The position numbers and the translations under genes were made by a program. From Schmidtea polychroa (taxonomy: Eukaryota), in assembly GCA_044892525.1 (NCBI GenBank), contig CM097885.1:22384001-22448000 (forward strand): a stretch of DNA of 64,000 nucleotides, read 5' to 3'. The first letter of the stretch is position 1; each line of letters opens with the position of its first letter. The notes under the pieces were generated by a model. The model was not told where the DNA came from. It was given only the letters and a program-made list of their open reading frames with translations, and searched no databases. Shown one piece after another: positions 43,901 through 56,040 of the stretch.

Positions 43901-46687
43901 TAGATGGTTTTTTTTCATAGTTCATTTCGATTATTAATATGAGCATTGTGCGTATAACTGTGCTGTATTTTCATATATCTTTGGCTAACCTTGGGCTTCT
44001 TGGTTTCTTTCGCTGGATCATTTGTCGATATCCACCATGTTACTCCGGTGTCTTGTGTATTTATTTTCATTAGTTTCTCTATTTACTTTGTTAATTTCCC
44101 GAGCCGTTCTACATAAATTTTAAAATTCATTTTCTACATATCCTTGATGCCTGTGATGTTCGCCTTTACCACAAAGTTGTTCAGTCAGTTTTAGTTTAGT
44201 TCCCAGCCAGTTTTATCCTTCCATTTGTCTTGCAGCTATGTTTAGTTCTTGTTTTCCTTCATTTAATTAACGCTTTTATTTATTCTATACTGGTGACGTG
44301 TAGTTATCATTTTACCCGTGAAGTTTCGATGCCTTTCGTTGTCTTTACTTTCCTTTCATCTTCCGTAAATTTTGTTGATTCGTTCTGTTTCATCTGGTCT
44401 ACTCGTCTCTTATTGTATATTTTCACCCAGTGCTGTATTTATTCAGAAACTGAAAACGTACTATTCCTTCAACGTTGATATTCGTCTTCATTCGTTTTTA
44501 TTACTCGGTCTTTACATTTTTTTTTATTATGCATGTTGACATCTCTCAAACTAGAAACAATATACTTATTCCTATAATCAATTCACTCACACAATCCCAT
44601 GCTTGCCTTTCGTAGAGCACTCAAAATTTACACTTAGTTTCAATAGCCAAGAGTTCCATATTTATTTGGTAGGTGCTCACATGTGTTCTGAGTATTGTCA
44701 CTTCAACCATTTATCAATTTCGGAAAATTTCTGAAAGTCAATTATAACCAATTCTGAAATACTTATTGCTCAACTATTAGCATCATATTCTACTACACAT
44801 TTTAATTAATTTTATTAAAATTAATTCAAATTAATCTTCCTTATATATATTTTATGAATTTGCTAAATGCTCATTCAAAACAAACGCAATTAATTTCAAT
44901 CCCATATCATCCAAGATACTAGTCAGACGACTTCAATCCATCCTGCGCAATATCAAGACCCACGGCGACGAGCTGTCGACTCCAAAACCCAATGACAACA
45001 AGACGTTCGCACGACAAAACACCACAAAAAGTTCCCAGAAAACAATCTGTTACTTCACTATTTTGGCAATATTCAAAATTACCGTTTAATAAACATAATT
45101 AGGAGCACAAGCAATCAATCCTCAACCAAACTCAAACCAAACTGTTACCTCATCATGCAATAATTTCCAAAAAAAAGATCAATCAAAACAAGAATTTTTA
45201 TTTGGTTTTCATAAAAACTAACTTAGCTTACTTACAGACTGAATTTATAACAATACCTCAACAATCAAGGATCCGATACCCAAAGATGAGCCAATCCATT
45301 CACAATAATATATTTTCATTGACTATTCAAATCGAAAAGTTGCCATATAATCCATTTTGAACCCCGTCAGAAGTATTTAGCTAAATCAAAAGGGGGTAAG
45401 AACTAAAGTTTATTCAGCTGGTGGCGTTAGTAGACAGATTTACCTTCAATGAATGCTACGCCGCAAAATCCCAAGCAGTCAACAAGGAACTTCAAAAATC
45501 CTATCAGAGTCATATTAATAATCCTATTAGAAATTCTTCCCCAAATACTCGAAGAAACTGGATATTTCAGGTGAACTATGAAGACTTCAATGTATATTTA
45601 AATAAATAAATATCTCATTTGTTATTTTAACAAAAAAGCTTGAAATAGGACTGAAATCCAAACAAAGCTCGATTGACATTGCTATGAATGTCTCATTTAT
45701 GTACATTGCATTCAAGTGCGCAAACAAATTTCAACTTAGAATGTGCACACAAGCGATCCAACACACATCAAACCCCACATAACCACTCGGTTACCAATCC
45801 ACAACAACATCTGTACATCTGTAATCAACAGGCATGCATGCACACTAGGTAAGTTTGGGTGTTATACTGAAATTTTAATTTACAGAATTTACAGTACAGA
45901 ATTATTTTTCAGATTTATTGTTGATTTGGTGGATGATGACGGTAGGCCCATCACTACATTCAACCTTAATAAGTATTAAAAGACAGGGCCCAGAAGATAT
46001 AGGGTCAACGTATGTGCCGAAGAAAGGCAATAGATGGGAGTTCAAGAAGCTCAGTCAATATCAAGCCAAGTCAAATGCAACCCAATTCAATCAATCCAAC
46101 CCATCACATACGAACTATATTTATATCTGTTGACTATTTTATTAACGATTTCATATTTCTATTTTATTTCTCTATTCAGTGTATATTGTATTAATCAATT
46201 CTTATTGTATTTATTGATCATTCTTTATGATATATCTTATTAAGCAAATTTTACAATAAAAAATTATTACAAATTTAACATTTTAATAAAAAGGGACTAA
46301 AAAAATAAAACATAGATATTAATTAAATATTATATTATTATTATAAAAAGTTAAATAACTTATTAGTGTAAAAAAATCATATAACAGTATATAAAAAATA
46401 TTAATATTATATTAAAATCTAGCACGCAATAAGATATTAATTTCGCATAACAGATGGTATCAAAATAAATATAATTAATATATTAATATTCCGTGCGTAA
46501 TTAAAATATTTTATTTATTAATTTTGGGAGTGGTATAAATATCCCAACAATATTCGTAAAAATTGCCAAAAATTAGCGGATAACAATTCTGAAGGGTAAT
46601 CCTGAGGAATAACTAAAACCAGAGACAGTACAAAAAGAGTCTCACAGATTTGTTTTAATATAGCAGTAATTTTTAAATAGCACGCAT

Positions 46688-47244
46688 TATATAAGGTAAA
46701 AGACAGAATATTCGAATATGGAAGTCAAAAAAAAGTCGACAGATCGTGAAAAATTAAGCGACTGCAAACCCAAAAAAACCGACATCCCACAAATCCCAAA
46801 AAAATCGTCGACAATTTAATTCAAATTATTTTGTGGAAAAAGTTAACTAATAAGAGTTAGTTATTATAAATTTTCCGTACGGTCGTTTGTTGAATGTACG
46901 TATACCCTTAGACGCTGTACCCCTAGAGGACAAAACATCCTGTCGGATAGTCTACTACTATATAAGGTAAGACTTTTGTATCTCCTCCACTATATATTTT
47001 TTCGTAAATTTTTCAACGGAATCTAAGTAAAAAAGTGATGGACTACTTCTCTGCAAAGTATCAATTTAAAATTCCATCGGGAACACAGAAAAAACTATTT
47101 TTTTAGGATTTAATATTGTCGGCTATTTTTTTTGTACTACATTTTCGACGATTTTTTCGGGTTCCAACATTGGCGACGATTTTAACCAAATAAAGCTTTT
47201 TTTCTGGCTTCCATATTCGACTATTCTAACCCTCACCTCATATA
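46688..47244. mobile_element. MITE-like element with imperfect ~40-bp TIRs
   Basis: TATATAAGGTAAAAGACAGAATATTCGAATATGGAAGTC versus the reverse complement TATATGAGGTGAGGGTTAGAATAGTCGAATATGGAAGCC. Confidence 0.5.
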
Positions 47245-47509
47245 ACATACGAACAATACACACATTTTGCAAGTATTTCGAAATAAATTGAAAGTAATTG
47301 ATATAAAGGAAATAGCTGATACTACGATTTGGAAATTGTTCATTTTGGGTAAATTTCTGTCATTTCTACCTCGAACAGTACGGTTAATCGGTTCTGGAAT
47401 TTAGCCGTACTATTTGAAACCGGACTATTCGAGGAATTCTGGCGCTAATAAATTTACGGCTTAGTACCCCTATTAAGAAATTTAAAAATCGTGATTATAT
47501 AAAGCCGCC

Positions 47510-47980
47510 TCTTTATCTGTACTTGCAGATTCCCCAACAATACGTACGTTGTGAATACCAGTTCGTTCCTTATACCGAGAAAACCACCCTTAACTGGTCG
47601 TAAAGGTTTCACCGGTTTCGGAAGCAAGGTCTTCTACTTCATCTTTAGTCCCAAAGTCTTTGTAAAGACTTAGTGCCTTCGCTTGAATTTCCATTTGACT
47701 AATTGGAATACGTTTTTGGCTAAGGTCTTCTATCCATATAGATAATAGTCGCTCCATGTTAACCATTCGAGGGCTTCTAATTCTGGTTACCACTTTTGAC
47801 AAATATGACGCCGTAGCTATACCTTGCGACTTGTATTGATCTTTATTTTTCACAATGTTCCGAACTGACGCCTCGTTCATTCCCCTTTCTTTTCCTACTT
47901 TAGCAAACGAAGCCCCTTCCCCATGAAGTTTAATAACGCTAAGCTTCTGTTCTAAAGTGAGGCATTTGCGTTTTTTGGTT
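47510..47980 (-). pseudogene. Tigger/TIGD-like transposase N-terminal fragment (CENP-B-type HTH)
   Basis: KRKCLTLEQKLSVI..., MERLLSIWIED, IPISQMEIQAKAL, FTTS*GWF, GESAS. Confidence 0.85.
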
Positions 47981-48087
47981 TTTAAACTTTTTTTAATTTT
48001 CGAAAATTTTATTTAATCATTTTAAAAACAGTCATATTTTGAAAATTTCAAAACCGTACTGATCGAAACGGTAATATGCGAGGTATT

Positions 48088-48192
<105 letters not shown>

Positions 48193-48303
48193 CTGTTAAC
48201 CAATTATTCAATTCATTATTTTTAAAACATTTTTTATTTATCGAATAAATTCCCCCAAAAGTGACATTATATCAATAAAGTTAAAGAATAGAGTATATAT
48301 ATA

Positions 48304-48636
48304 AGTAGTGAGGAATCTATGCACCCCAGCACCCCCACCCTAAAAAAAAACAGCGCTATTGACCCATATTTTCCACATTTATATGCTTTTTTACCCCATA
48401 TTCTTCACTTTTTTTAACTTTTAAACTTTGTCCCCTATTGCCATTAACCCTTAATTTCTTCCCTTAAAAGTAAAAAAGTTCGGAATAGATGTATTTATAG
48501 ATTAGTAATTCCGAGAAAAGGTAACGGGGTGCATAGATTCCTCACTACTTGGTCTTAAGGATTTAATGTTATAAGGATTTAATGTTATAAGAATATCAGA
48601 TTACCTAATTCATAATGATCTAGGTCGCCTGATCAC
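48304..48636 (+). repeat. Left TIR of the Polinton
   Basis: Reverse complement of 61278-61610; contains an inverted copy of its first 24 bp (48526-48549) and TAAGGATTTAATGTTA x2. Confidence 0.97.
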
Positions 48637-48709
48637 TTTTAGATTTAAAAAAAATAAAAATTAATATCAAAACCAAAACATCGTATCCAACCAAAAGATT
48701 CTTTTAAAA

Positions 48710-51700
48710 ATGGAAGGTATTTTCAATTGTGAAATTTGTGAAAAAAATTTTAAAAATAAAACTGCTTTAACATCTCATAAAAAATCAAAAGACCATTTAA
48801 TAAAAGCTAACACACTAGATGACACTAATTCCAAAATCTGTACTAAATGTAAGGATAGATATTTATTTTCAGGTTATAAGAAGCATTTTAAAAATTGTAT
48901 TGGAGTTCCTAAAAACAGAGAAATATTCGAATGTTCAGCATGTGGAAAAACGATGAGGATAAAATCTTTTTACTTAAGACACATAGAAGATTGTGGTCTT
49001 GAAGCAAAAGATTCTGATTCAAACTCAATGATTGAAAAAGCTGAAAAACTAGAGTTTAATTGGGATGACTTCAATCACACCGATATAATTGCAGAAGTAA
49101 AACGAGGACCCAGATCAATCATGCAATATATAAGAGAAAATAAAAAAAAAATAATATCATCAATGGATGATGCTATAAAAAAATTTGGTAGATCAAGATT
49201 TAATGTTATAAAAGTTAAATTTACAGGAAATGTAAAATACTGGAGAGGAGATGATTCAATCGCAATGCCTCTAGATGTAAAAATTGAAACCTCATATAAA
49301 TATTTATTTTCTACAAAAGCAGGAAATAAACTTGTTAATGATATAGCTAAAGAATTGGAAGAAAAACAAGAACAGGTGGAACAAGAACTAGGAGAATCTA
49401 ATTTAAGATTCCACTCTTTTCAAAATATAGAGATTGAATACTGGAGAGGCGCACCACCAAATCCTAAATCTTTTATTCACACACCATTCACCTCCAACCA
49501 TGTTATAAATGTACAGAATAAAGATAATAAATGTTTTCAATGGTCAATACTTGCACACTTACATCCTCAAGCAACTAACCCACAGAGAGTTCAAAAATAT
49601 GAAGAATATGAATCTGAATTAATTTATCCAAAAGATTTTTCCCACCCAATGAAAATTGAAGATGTTCCAGCATTTGAAAAATTAAATAATCTTAAAATTA
49701 ATATTTATCAATTCATTCCAACCAAAATTACAAAAACTAGAAAAAATAAAAATTATAAACACATTATTCCTATTTACATTTCTAACATGGAAATCTCAGA
49801 TGAAAAGAGAGAAGTAGATCTTTTAATATTAGAAGAAGGTAAACCAGATGAAGACTTTGATGGAGAAGAATATGGTGAAGAGGTTCAAAGCGTTCACCCG
49901 AGGAGAGAAGCAGAAGAAGGCATTTCATTAGAACCAGAAGCAGAAAGCACTATGTTAGATAAAAAACTTCATTATATCTTAATAAAGAATTTTCAAAGTT
50001 TTATGAAAGGAAACACACTCATTCGTGGAGGCATATGTTGTAAAAGATGTTTATATCATTCAAGTTCAAAACTTGCTGCTATTAAACATGAGAGACTCTG
50101 TTGTAAGAATCAACCTGCTTTAATAAAAATGCCACACAAGAAAAATGCTAATATGAGGTTTAATAACTATTCCAATCTATTAGAAGCATTGGGAGTGGTT
50201 TATTGTGATTTTGAAGCTATAAATGTAAAACTAAGACGAACAAAAACTAATACTGTAAAACTAACAAAACAATTACCCTCTGCTTATAAAATGTTTTTTA
50301 AAAGTAATTATCCAGAACTTGTAGAATCTAGAGAATATTCATTTAGAGGAACTTCTGACAAAGAGACTCTAGATCATTTTGTTAAAACTTTAAATAATCT
50401 AGAACATGAATTATATATAATATTAAAATCCAACTTTCCTATGAATTTTTCAGAAGAACAAGAGGAAGAATATAAAAATGCAACACACTGCTGGATGTGT
50501 AAACAAGAGTTTTATATTCAGGAGGAGGAGGATGAGGAGCCAAAGGTTGCAGACCATGATCATTTTAAAAGAGAAAATAATTACAGAGGAGCAGCCCATA
50601 AAAAATGTAATCTCAATTGTAAAAACCAACACACATACCATTTATATTTCACAATCTTTTTGGCTATGATATTCACCTATTCATTAAGCATCTCGCCGCA
50701 AATGCTAAAAACTCTTTCAAGGTTATTGGACTTACAAAAGAAAAATATAAAAGCATTCAATATGGATGCTTTAAGTTTTTGGACTCGTTAAATTTCTTAG
50801 GGATGTCTTTGGATGGGATTGCTAAAACTATGAACCCTGAGGATTTTAAATATACAAAAGAACATGTGTTATTAAAAAACAATATTCCATTAGAGGAATA
50901 TAATACCTGTCTAGCAAAAGGAATCTATCCATATGATTATATAGACTCCTTTGAAAAATATAATGAATTACTCCCACCCCAAGAAGATTTCTTTTCTGTT
51001 TTAACACAATCAGGGATTTCTGATCAGGAATATTCCCGTGCAGTTAAAATGTGGAATCTATTCAACTGTAGAAACCTTGGAGAATATACTGACATGTATC
51101 TTTCCTTGGATGTTTATATCTTAGCTGATTGCTTCGAGACATTTTCAAAAGCTTTTGAATTAAAACCTTATAATTATATAACCGCTCCCTCTCTAGCTTG
51201 GGATATATTATTATATACCATATGGACTGATGAAGATGTAGCAGTAAGAAATAAAACTATTGAATTATTAGTTGAGCTTGATATGTTTAATGTATATAAA
51301 CATAATATTAGAGGAGGTATTTCTTCAGTACAAGGGAATAGAGAAATAAATGCTAATAATTTTACAACTCTTTATCCTAAATTTTTCAAAGATCCTAATG
51401 CTCTATATGTAGAAATAACAAACCCAGAAGATCGTAAGGAAATAATGGAAGGTCTTTCTAATCCTTCTGAAATAATGTATATAGATGCAACAGCTTTATA
51501 TGCGGGAGTAATGACTCAATACCTTCCAATTGGCAAGTTCACCTGGAAAGAACCCACTGAGGAATTAATACAAGAAATTCTAAAAACACCAAAAGATTCT
51601 CAATTTGGATATGTCATAGAATGCGATCTTGAATATCCCAATGAAATAAAATCCAGAACTAGATATTTTCCATTTGCTCCTGTAAGAAGAAAGATCTCTC

Positions 51701-53019
51701 CTGAAGAACTATCAGATTGGCAGATGGCTCAGGATAGATCGCCCTGTATAAAACTTTTATGCGATCAGACCGATAAAACTGATTACCTTTGTCATTATAG
51801 ACTCCTTCAGTTTTATCTCTCCCATGGAATGGTTTTAAAAAAAGTACATTCCATTATTAAATTTCGACAAGCCCCTTTTATGAAAAAATTCATAGAGGGA
51901 AATATTTTGAAAAGAAATGCAGCAAAGAGAGCTGGAAATGCATTTCTTGATATGATTTACAAACTCCTGAACAATGCGGTCTTTGGAAAGACCATGGAGA
52001 ATATAGACAAGTACACACGTGTAGAGCTTTTGACCAATACATCAAAAGACCTTAATAGGTACAACCGGATAATTGGAAAGCCCACATTTAAAAATGCCGA
52101 GATATTCTCTAGTAACCTTATAGCTATAGAGATTAAAAACTCTGTAAAAACTTATAATAAACCAATCTTTATAGGTTTTTCAATTTTAGAACTTTCAAAG
52201 CTTCAAATGTATGAGACCTACTATGATGTTCTAGTACCCCATTTTGGAGATCGAATATCCATGCATGCTATGGACACTGATAGTATGTTTTTAAAAGGTC
52301 ATAGTAAAGATTTAAAAAAGGAAATAAGTGAAAACGAAACCTTAAATAAATTAATAAACAACTCTGGAGAATTATTTACTTTTAAAGATGAAAAACCAAA
52401 TACTCCAATAAGTGGAGGAGTGTTTATTAGACCTAAACAATATTCTCTTGAAATGAAAGACAAACCAATTATGAAAGAGCATACAATAAAATTTATAATA
52501 GGGGAGGGAGAAGGATCTGTTGAAATAGATCACACATTTGAATATCCTTCATTCCCTGAAAACCCGAAAAGCTATAAAGAAAATAAAAGTAAAGGAATTC
52601 AAAAATCAGTGTCAAAAACCTTCACACATCAAGAGTATAAAGATTCATTAAATATAAATTATAAAAATAAAATTGCTAAAACCCATCATCTTAAATCAGA
52701 GAAACATAATATATATCTTGAAGAGTGTAACAAGATTGCTATAACAAATTATGATGATAAAAGATTTATACTTTCTGACTTGAAGACAACATTACCTATT
52801 GGAAATGATTTAATCCCTATAATAAAAAATCTTGATAAAATAAATGAAATTTATAACCTAGAGATTACAGACCTTCAACTTGCTAAAGTAGAAATCCAAT
52901 ATCCTGAAATATTAATTCCTAAACCTTTATATAATCAAGTTCAAAATATAAAACCTATAGAACTTAAATATTTTAATACTGATCCTGAATATATAAAGAA
53001 TTTAAAGATCATAAATTAA
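48710..53019 (+). CDS. polB: Protein-primed family B DNA polymerase (~1,430 aa; one -1 shift at 50621-50625)
   Basis: N-terminal zinc fingers; NKDNKCFQWS...LHYILI; YCDFEA (ExoI); CWMC...DHDH...GAAHKKCN insert; after the shift FHNLFGYD (ExoII), KGIYPYDY, IRGG, YIDATALY, KLLNNAVFGK, MDTDS, DDKRF. Confidence 0.95.
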
Positions 53020-53147
53020 TGATTCATAGGTTGGCTTTCAACGATATTTAATTTTTTAATAATAAAATGTCGACAATTAATTTAAGCAACTATAGCAACC
53101 TGATCTACTTTTTTAAAAATACACCCATTTTATAAGTAAGAATTCTT

Positions 53148-53741
53148 TTACCATTTTTCTCGAGATGTTTTTTTATTACTTATAACATTAGCCACCATGC
53201 CCTCCCTTTTTAATCTTATAACCTCATTCTTTATATCTTGTATTATTTGATTTGATTTCATTATTTCTTCGTCTGTCAGGATTCCATCTTCCAAAGCTTT
53301 TAATTGAAATAAAAATAATTTAGAGATTCCTAATTCTATTGATAAACAAACTTCTCTATATAAACTTTTCTTTTTAGAAGTATAAGATAATGAAACTATT
53401 TCAGTTAAGAAACCATCAGCCACAGAAATACTTCCAAGTATTACAGGTGCAAGAGTAACAACTGGTAAAGTTATGGGTAAAATAACTGTTAATATTGCAG
53501 ATGCAAATCCTAAAGAATAACCTATAACTTTTAAAACTGTATTCCCTTTATTCCATCTATTTTTAATTTTTTTATAATGCTTTAATAAATCTTGTAAATG
53601 TAAGGTTTCTGATTTAAATTCTTTTACTCTCATAATTTCAAGTTCTGTGGGAGCCGAGGCCTTGGAACCTTTGTGACCTTCGGAATAATATCCTGATGAT
53701 CTCAATTCTGGGTAAATTTTTTCTTCTCTTACTTCTTCCAT
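53148..53741 (-). CDS. Polinton putative membrane protein (197 aa)
   Basis: Central hydrophobic hairpin (VIGYSLGFASAILTVILPITLPVVTLAPVILGSISV) between helical regions; N-terminal IYPEL. Confidence 0.7.
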   Translation of the reverse strand: MEEVREEKIYPELRSSGYYSEGHKGSKASAPTELEIMRVKEFKSETLHLQDLLKHYKKIKNRWNKGNTVLKVIGYSLGFASAILTVILPITLPVVTLAPVILGSISVADGFLTEIVSLSYTSKKKSLYREVCLSIELGISKLFLFQLKALEDGILTDEEIMKSNQIIQDIKNEVIRLKREGMVANVISNKKTSREKW

Positions 53742-53749
53742 TTTAATAA

Positions 53750-54733
53750 TTAAAAAAATAAGACTTTATTCTTCTGAGCACCATCTGGCACCAATACTCG
53801 GATATCAAAAGAAACTCTTGTTGAGAGGATATCTTTATACAATTCTCTCAATGCTTTACGAACTTCATCAACATCAACCTTTTTTTCATAAAATATTAAA
53901 TCTATATATTGTACAAGTGAACTAGAAAAATGAATATTCTTACTTTTAACTTTATGTAGTCCATGTGAATGAGTATTAACATACCAATCTCTGTGTGGTA
54001 AATCATAACTAGTCATTATAACATCACCCTTTTCAAGCTTACTATTATAATCACATTTCACAAACCATTTCATTCTTTCATTATCATCATCAAACAAAAA
54101 GAAATAAGGATCAATAATCTTTACAACCATAAAAACACCCCATTCTTTACTGTTTGTTGTTATTAAACTTGGTTCTATAAAATGTTTATATGTATGGGGT
54201 AATAATGTTTTATTCTGTTCTAATTCAGCAGCTCTTTTTCTAATACTATGTGTGGTGTTAATGTGTGTTCCATGAGACTCTAAATTTGAAATTCTTTTAT
54301 TAAATGATGTAATCAACTCATTTATTATATTATATATTGTATTAAATTTATTATCCATAAGTTGTTTATTTTTAGAATTTAATATGCTAGTATTTAACTT
54401 TACAACTTGTTCAGTTAACAGACTTTGTAACTTGTCAAATTTATCATTAAATCGTTGTTCGATATTATTAAGCTTTGATTCTATTGAATCAATTTTTGTT
54501 GTTAATAAACTTTCAATTCTTGTTGTTGTTAAATCAGTATATTTTTTATTAACTGCATCAGAATCATCGGTTGGTAAAGATAAATCTTTTATCTTGTGTC
54601 CATTTAAATTTAAATCTCCTTTCATTGAATCACCTCTTTCATTAATATATCTCTTTTCTGTAAGAGATATAACATCTTCATCTTTTAATCCATCATTATA
54701 TAATCCAAACTTATTATAACTAGCATAATTCAT
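53750..54733 (-). CDS. Putative fiber/attachment protein (327 aa)
   Basis: GDSMKGDLNLNGHKIKDLSLPTDDSDAVNKKY (tail-fiber/adhesin neck-like motif), long heptad region, IRKR, C-terminal globular part. Confidence 0.6.
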   Translation of the reverse strand: MNYASYNKFGLYNDGLKDEDVISLTEKRYINERGDSMKGDLNLNGHKIKDLSLPTDDSDAVNKKYTDLTTTRIESLLTTKIDSIESKLNNIEQRFNDKFDKLQSLLTEQVVKLNTSILNSKNKQLMDNKFNTIYNIINELITSFNKRISNLESHGTHINTTHSIRKRAAELEQNKTLLPHTYKHFIEPSLITTNSKEWGVFMVVKIIDPYFFLFDDDNERMKWFVKCDYNSKLEKGDVIMTSYDLPHRDWYVNTHSHGLHKVKSKNIHFSSSLVQYIDLIFYEKKVDVDEVRKALRELYKDILSTRVSFDIRVLVPDGAQKNKVLFF

Positions 54734-54770
54734 TTTTATAGTAATAAAAATAAAATCCTTAGACGTCCCT

Positions 54771-55604
54771 CTAGACTTGTTTCAAATGTAAACACATTGA
54801 AATCTTTTCTCCATTAAAACTAATTAACTCTCCATCTTCATCAACAATTCTAAAACTAATATCCATTATATTTTTTCTACATAATGGTAAATAATTTGGG
54901 GGGTTCATTCTTTCAACCATTTTATATCCAACTCGCACGGTATTAGAAGGAAAGGAATATAAAATATTTGCATGTTTACCATTATTGTATGATCCCATTA
55001 TACAATCACACTCTATATTTATAGAATTTGTATTTGTTAATTGTATAATATTTTTAGATTTAATGGTTGATGGTGGATATTCTTTGACTTCAAAACCTAA
55101 AATAGTATGAAAGAAACTAGAAGTAGTAACACCAAGTCCAACATTTTTTAAAGTTGTAATACATTTTGAAGTTTGAATATCTGCTTTTATTTCTACATTT
55201 CCATTTGTTTCTTTTAAAATTGTTTTAGCTAAATCTGTTATTTCATATGATCCTGGTTCGATTGTTATAATGGTGTATTCCTTAGAAGTAATCTTTTCAT
55301 ATTCACTATTTTCCAATATACTAGGGAGAATAAATGAAACAAAAGGGAGGTCTCTATTATCACTCTTAAATATAATAAATTTATTATTATTATTATTTAT
55401 ATTAAAAATAGTATTAAAACAGCTAAACCACAAGAGTCCTAATTCATAATTTAAATCTTGATCTAAATTTATTGAATCTTCAAAATTTATAGTAAAATCT
55501 GATTCTTTTGAATTTATTAATAAACTTCTTGAATATTTATGTGACATTATGTTTGCTATTTTTTTTAAATAATCTTCCGGAAGGTTGCGAAGCTCCATTT
55601 TCAT
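54771..55604 (-). CDS. Minor capsid protein (penton, PX)
   Basis: SDFTINF..I.L...YELGL, IEPGSYEI, INIECD.I.GSY.NG...ILYSF, GYK..E....YLP, IVDEDGELISFNGE. Confidence 0.88.
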   Translation of the reverse strand: MKMELRNLPEDYLKKIANIMSHKYSRSLLINSKESDFTINFEDSINLDQDLNYELGLLWFSCFNTIFNINNNNNKFIIFKSDNRDLPFVSFILPSILENSEYEKITSKEYTIITIEPGSYEITDLAKTILKETNGNVEIKADIQTSKCITTLKNVGLGVTTSSFFHTILGFEVKEYPPSTIKSKNIIQLTNTNSINIECDCIMGSYNNGKHANILYSFPSNTVRVGYKMVERMNPPNYLPLCRKNIMDISFRIVDEDGELISFNGEKISMCLHLKQV

Positions 55605-56032
55605 AGTAAAGATTTTAAATCATTATAAATTTCTTGGATTAAGGAAGTGAAACCTTCTCCTTTGGATTTATTCAATCTATACAAAACATATAAGCTTAAA
55701 ATACCACATATTTTAGTATTATTAGGTTGAACCTGTAAAGAATTAAAAGTGTAGTCCGAGAGATAGTCTTCAACTTCTTTAGTGGGTTTAATCCCAAAAG
55801 AATCAAAGTATATAGATTTATTATATATACAAACCCAATGAGATCCTTTTTCATTTGAATTTTGAAAATTTATAATGATATTCTTTGGAGTGTCTTCTTT
55901 CAGACTCGACAATTCATCATTCATTAATATTTTTATTTTTAAATTTAAATAATCTGCATAATCTTTTAAATCAAAATTTGTTTTTGTATTTATTCCAAAT
56001 GTTTTTAAAAAATCTAATATTGAAGGAGTCAT
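55601..56032 (-). CDS. Adenain-like maturation cysteine protease
   Basis: IIN......GSHWVC, YFDSFG, Q......CG catalytic motifs. Confidence 0.92.
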   Translation of the reverse strand: MTPSILDFLKTFGINTKTNFDLKDYADYLNLKIKILMNDELSSLKEDTPKNIIINFQNSNEKGSHWVCIYNKSIYFDSFGIKPTKEVEDYLSDYTFNSLQVQPNNTKICGILSLYVLYRLNKSKGEGFTSLIQEIYNDLKSLL

Positions 56033-56040
56033 TTTATATT

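Noticed and set aside
41163..44478. Plus-strand hydrophobic ORFs as membrane proteins
   Set aside because: Antisense shadows of an A-rich minus strand; F/L/S/I richness follows from the T skew.
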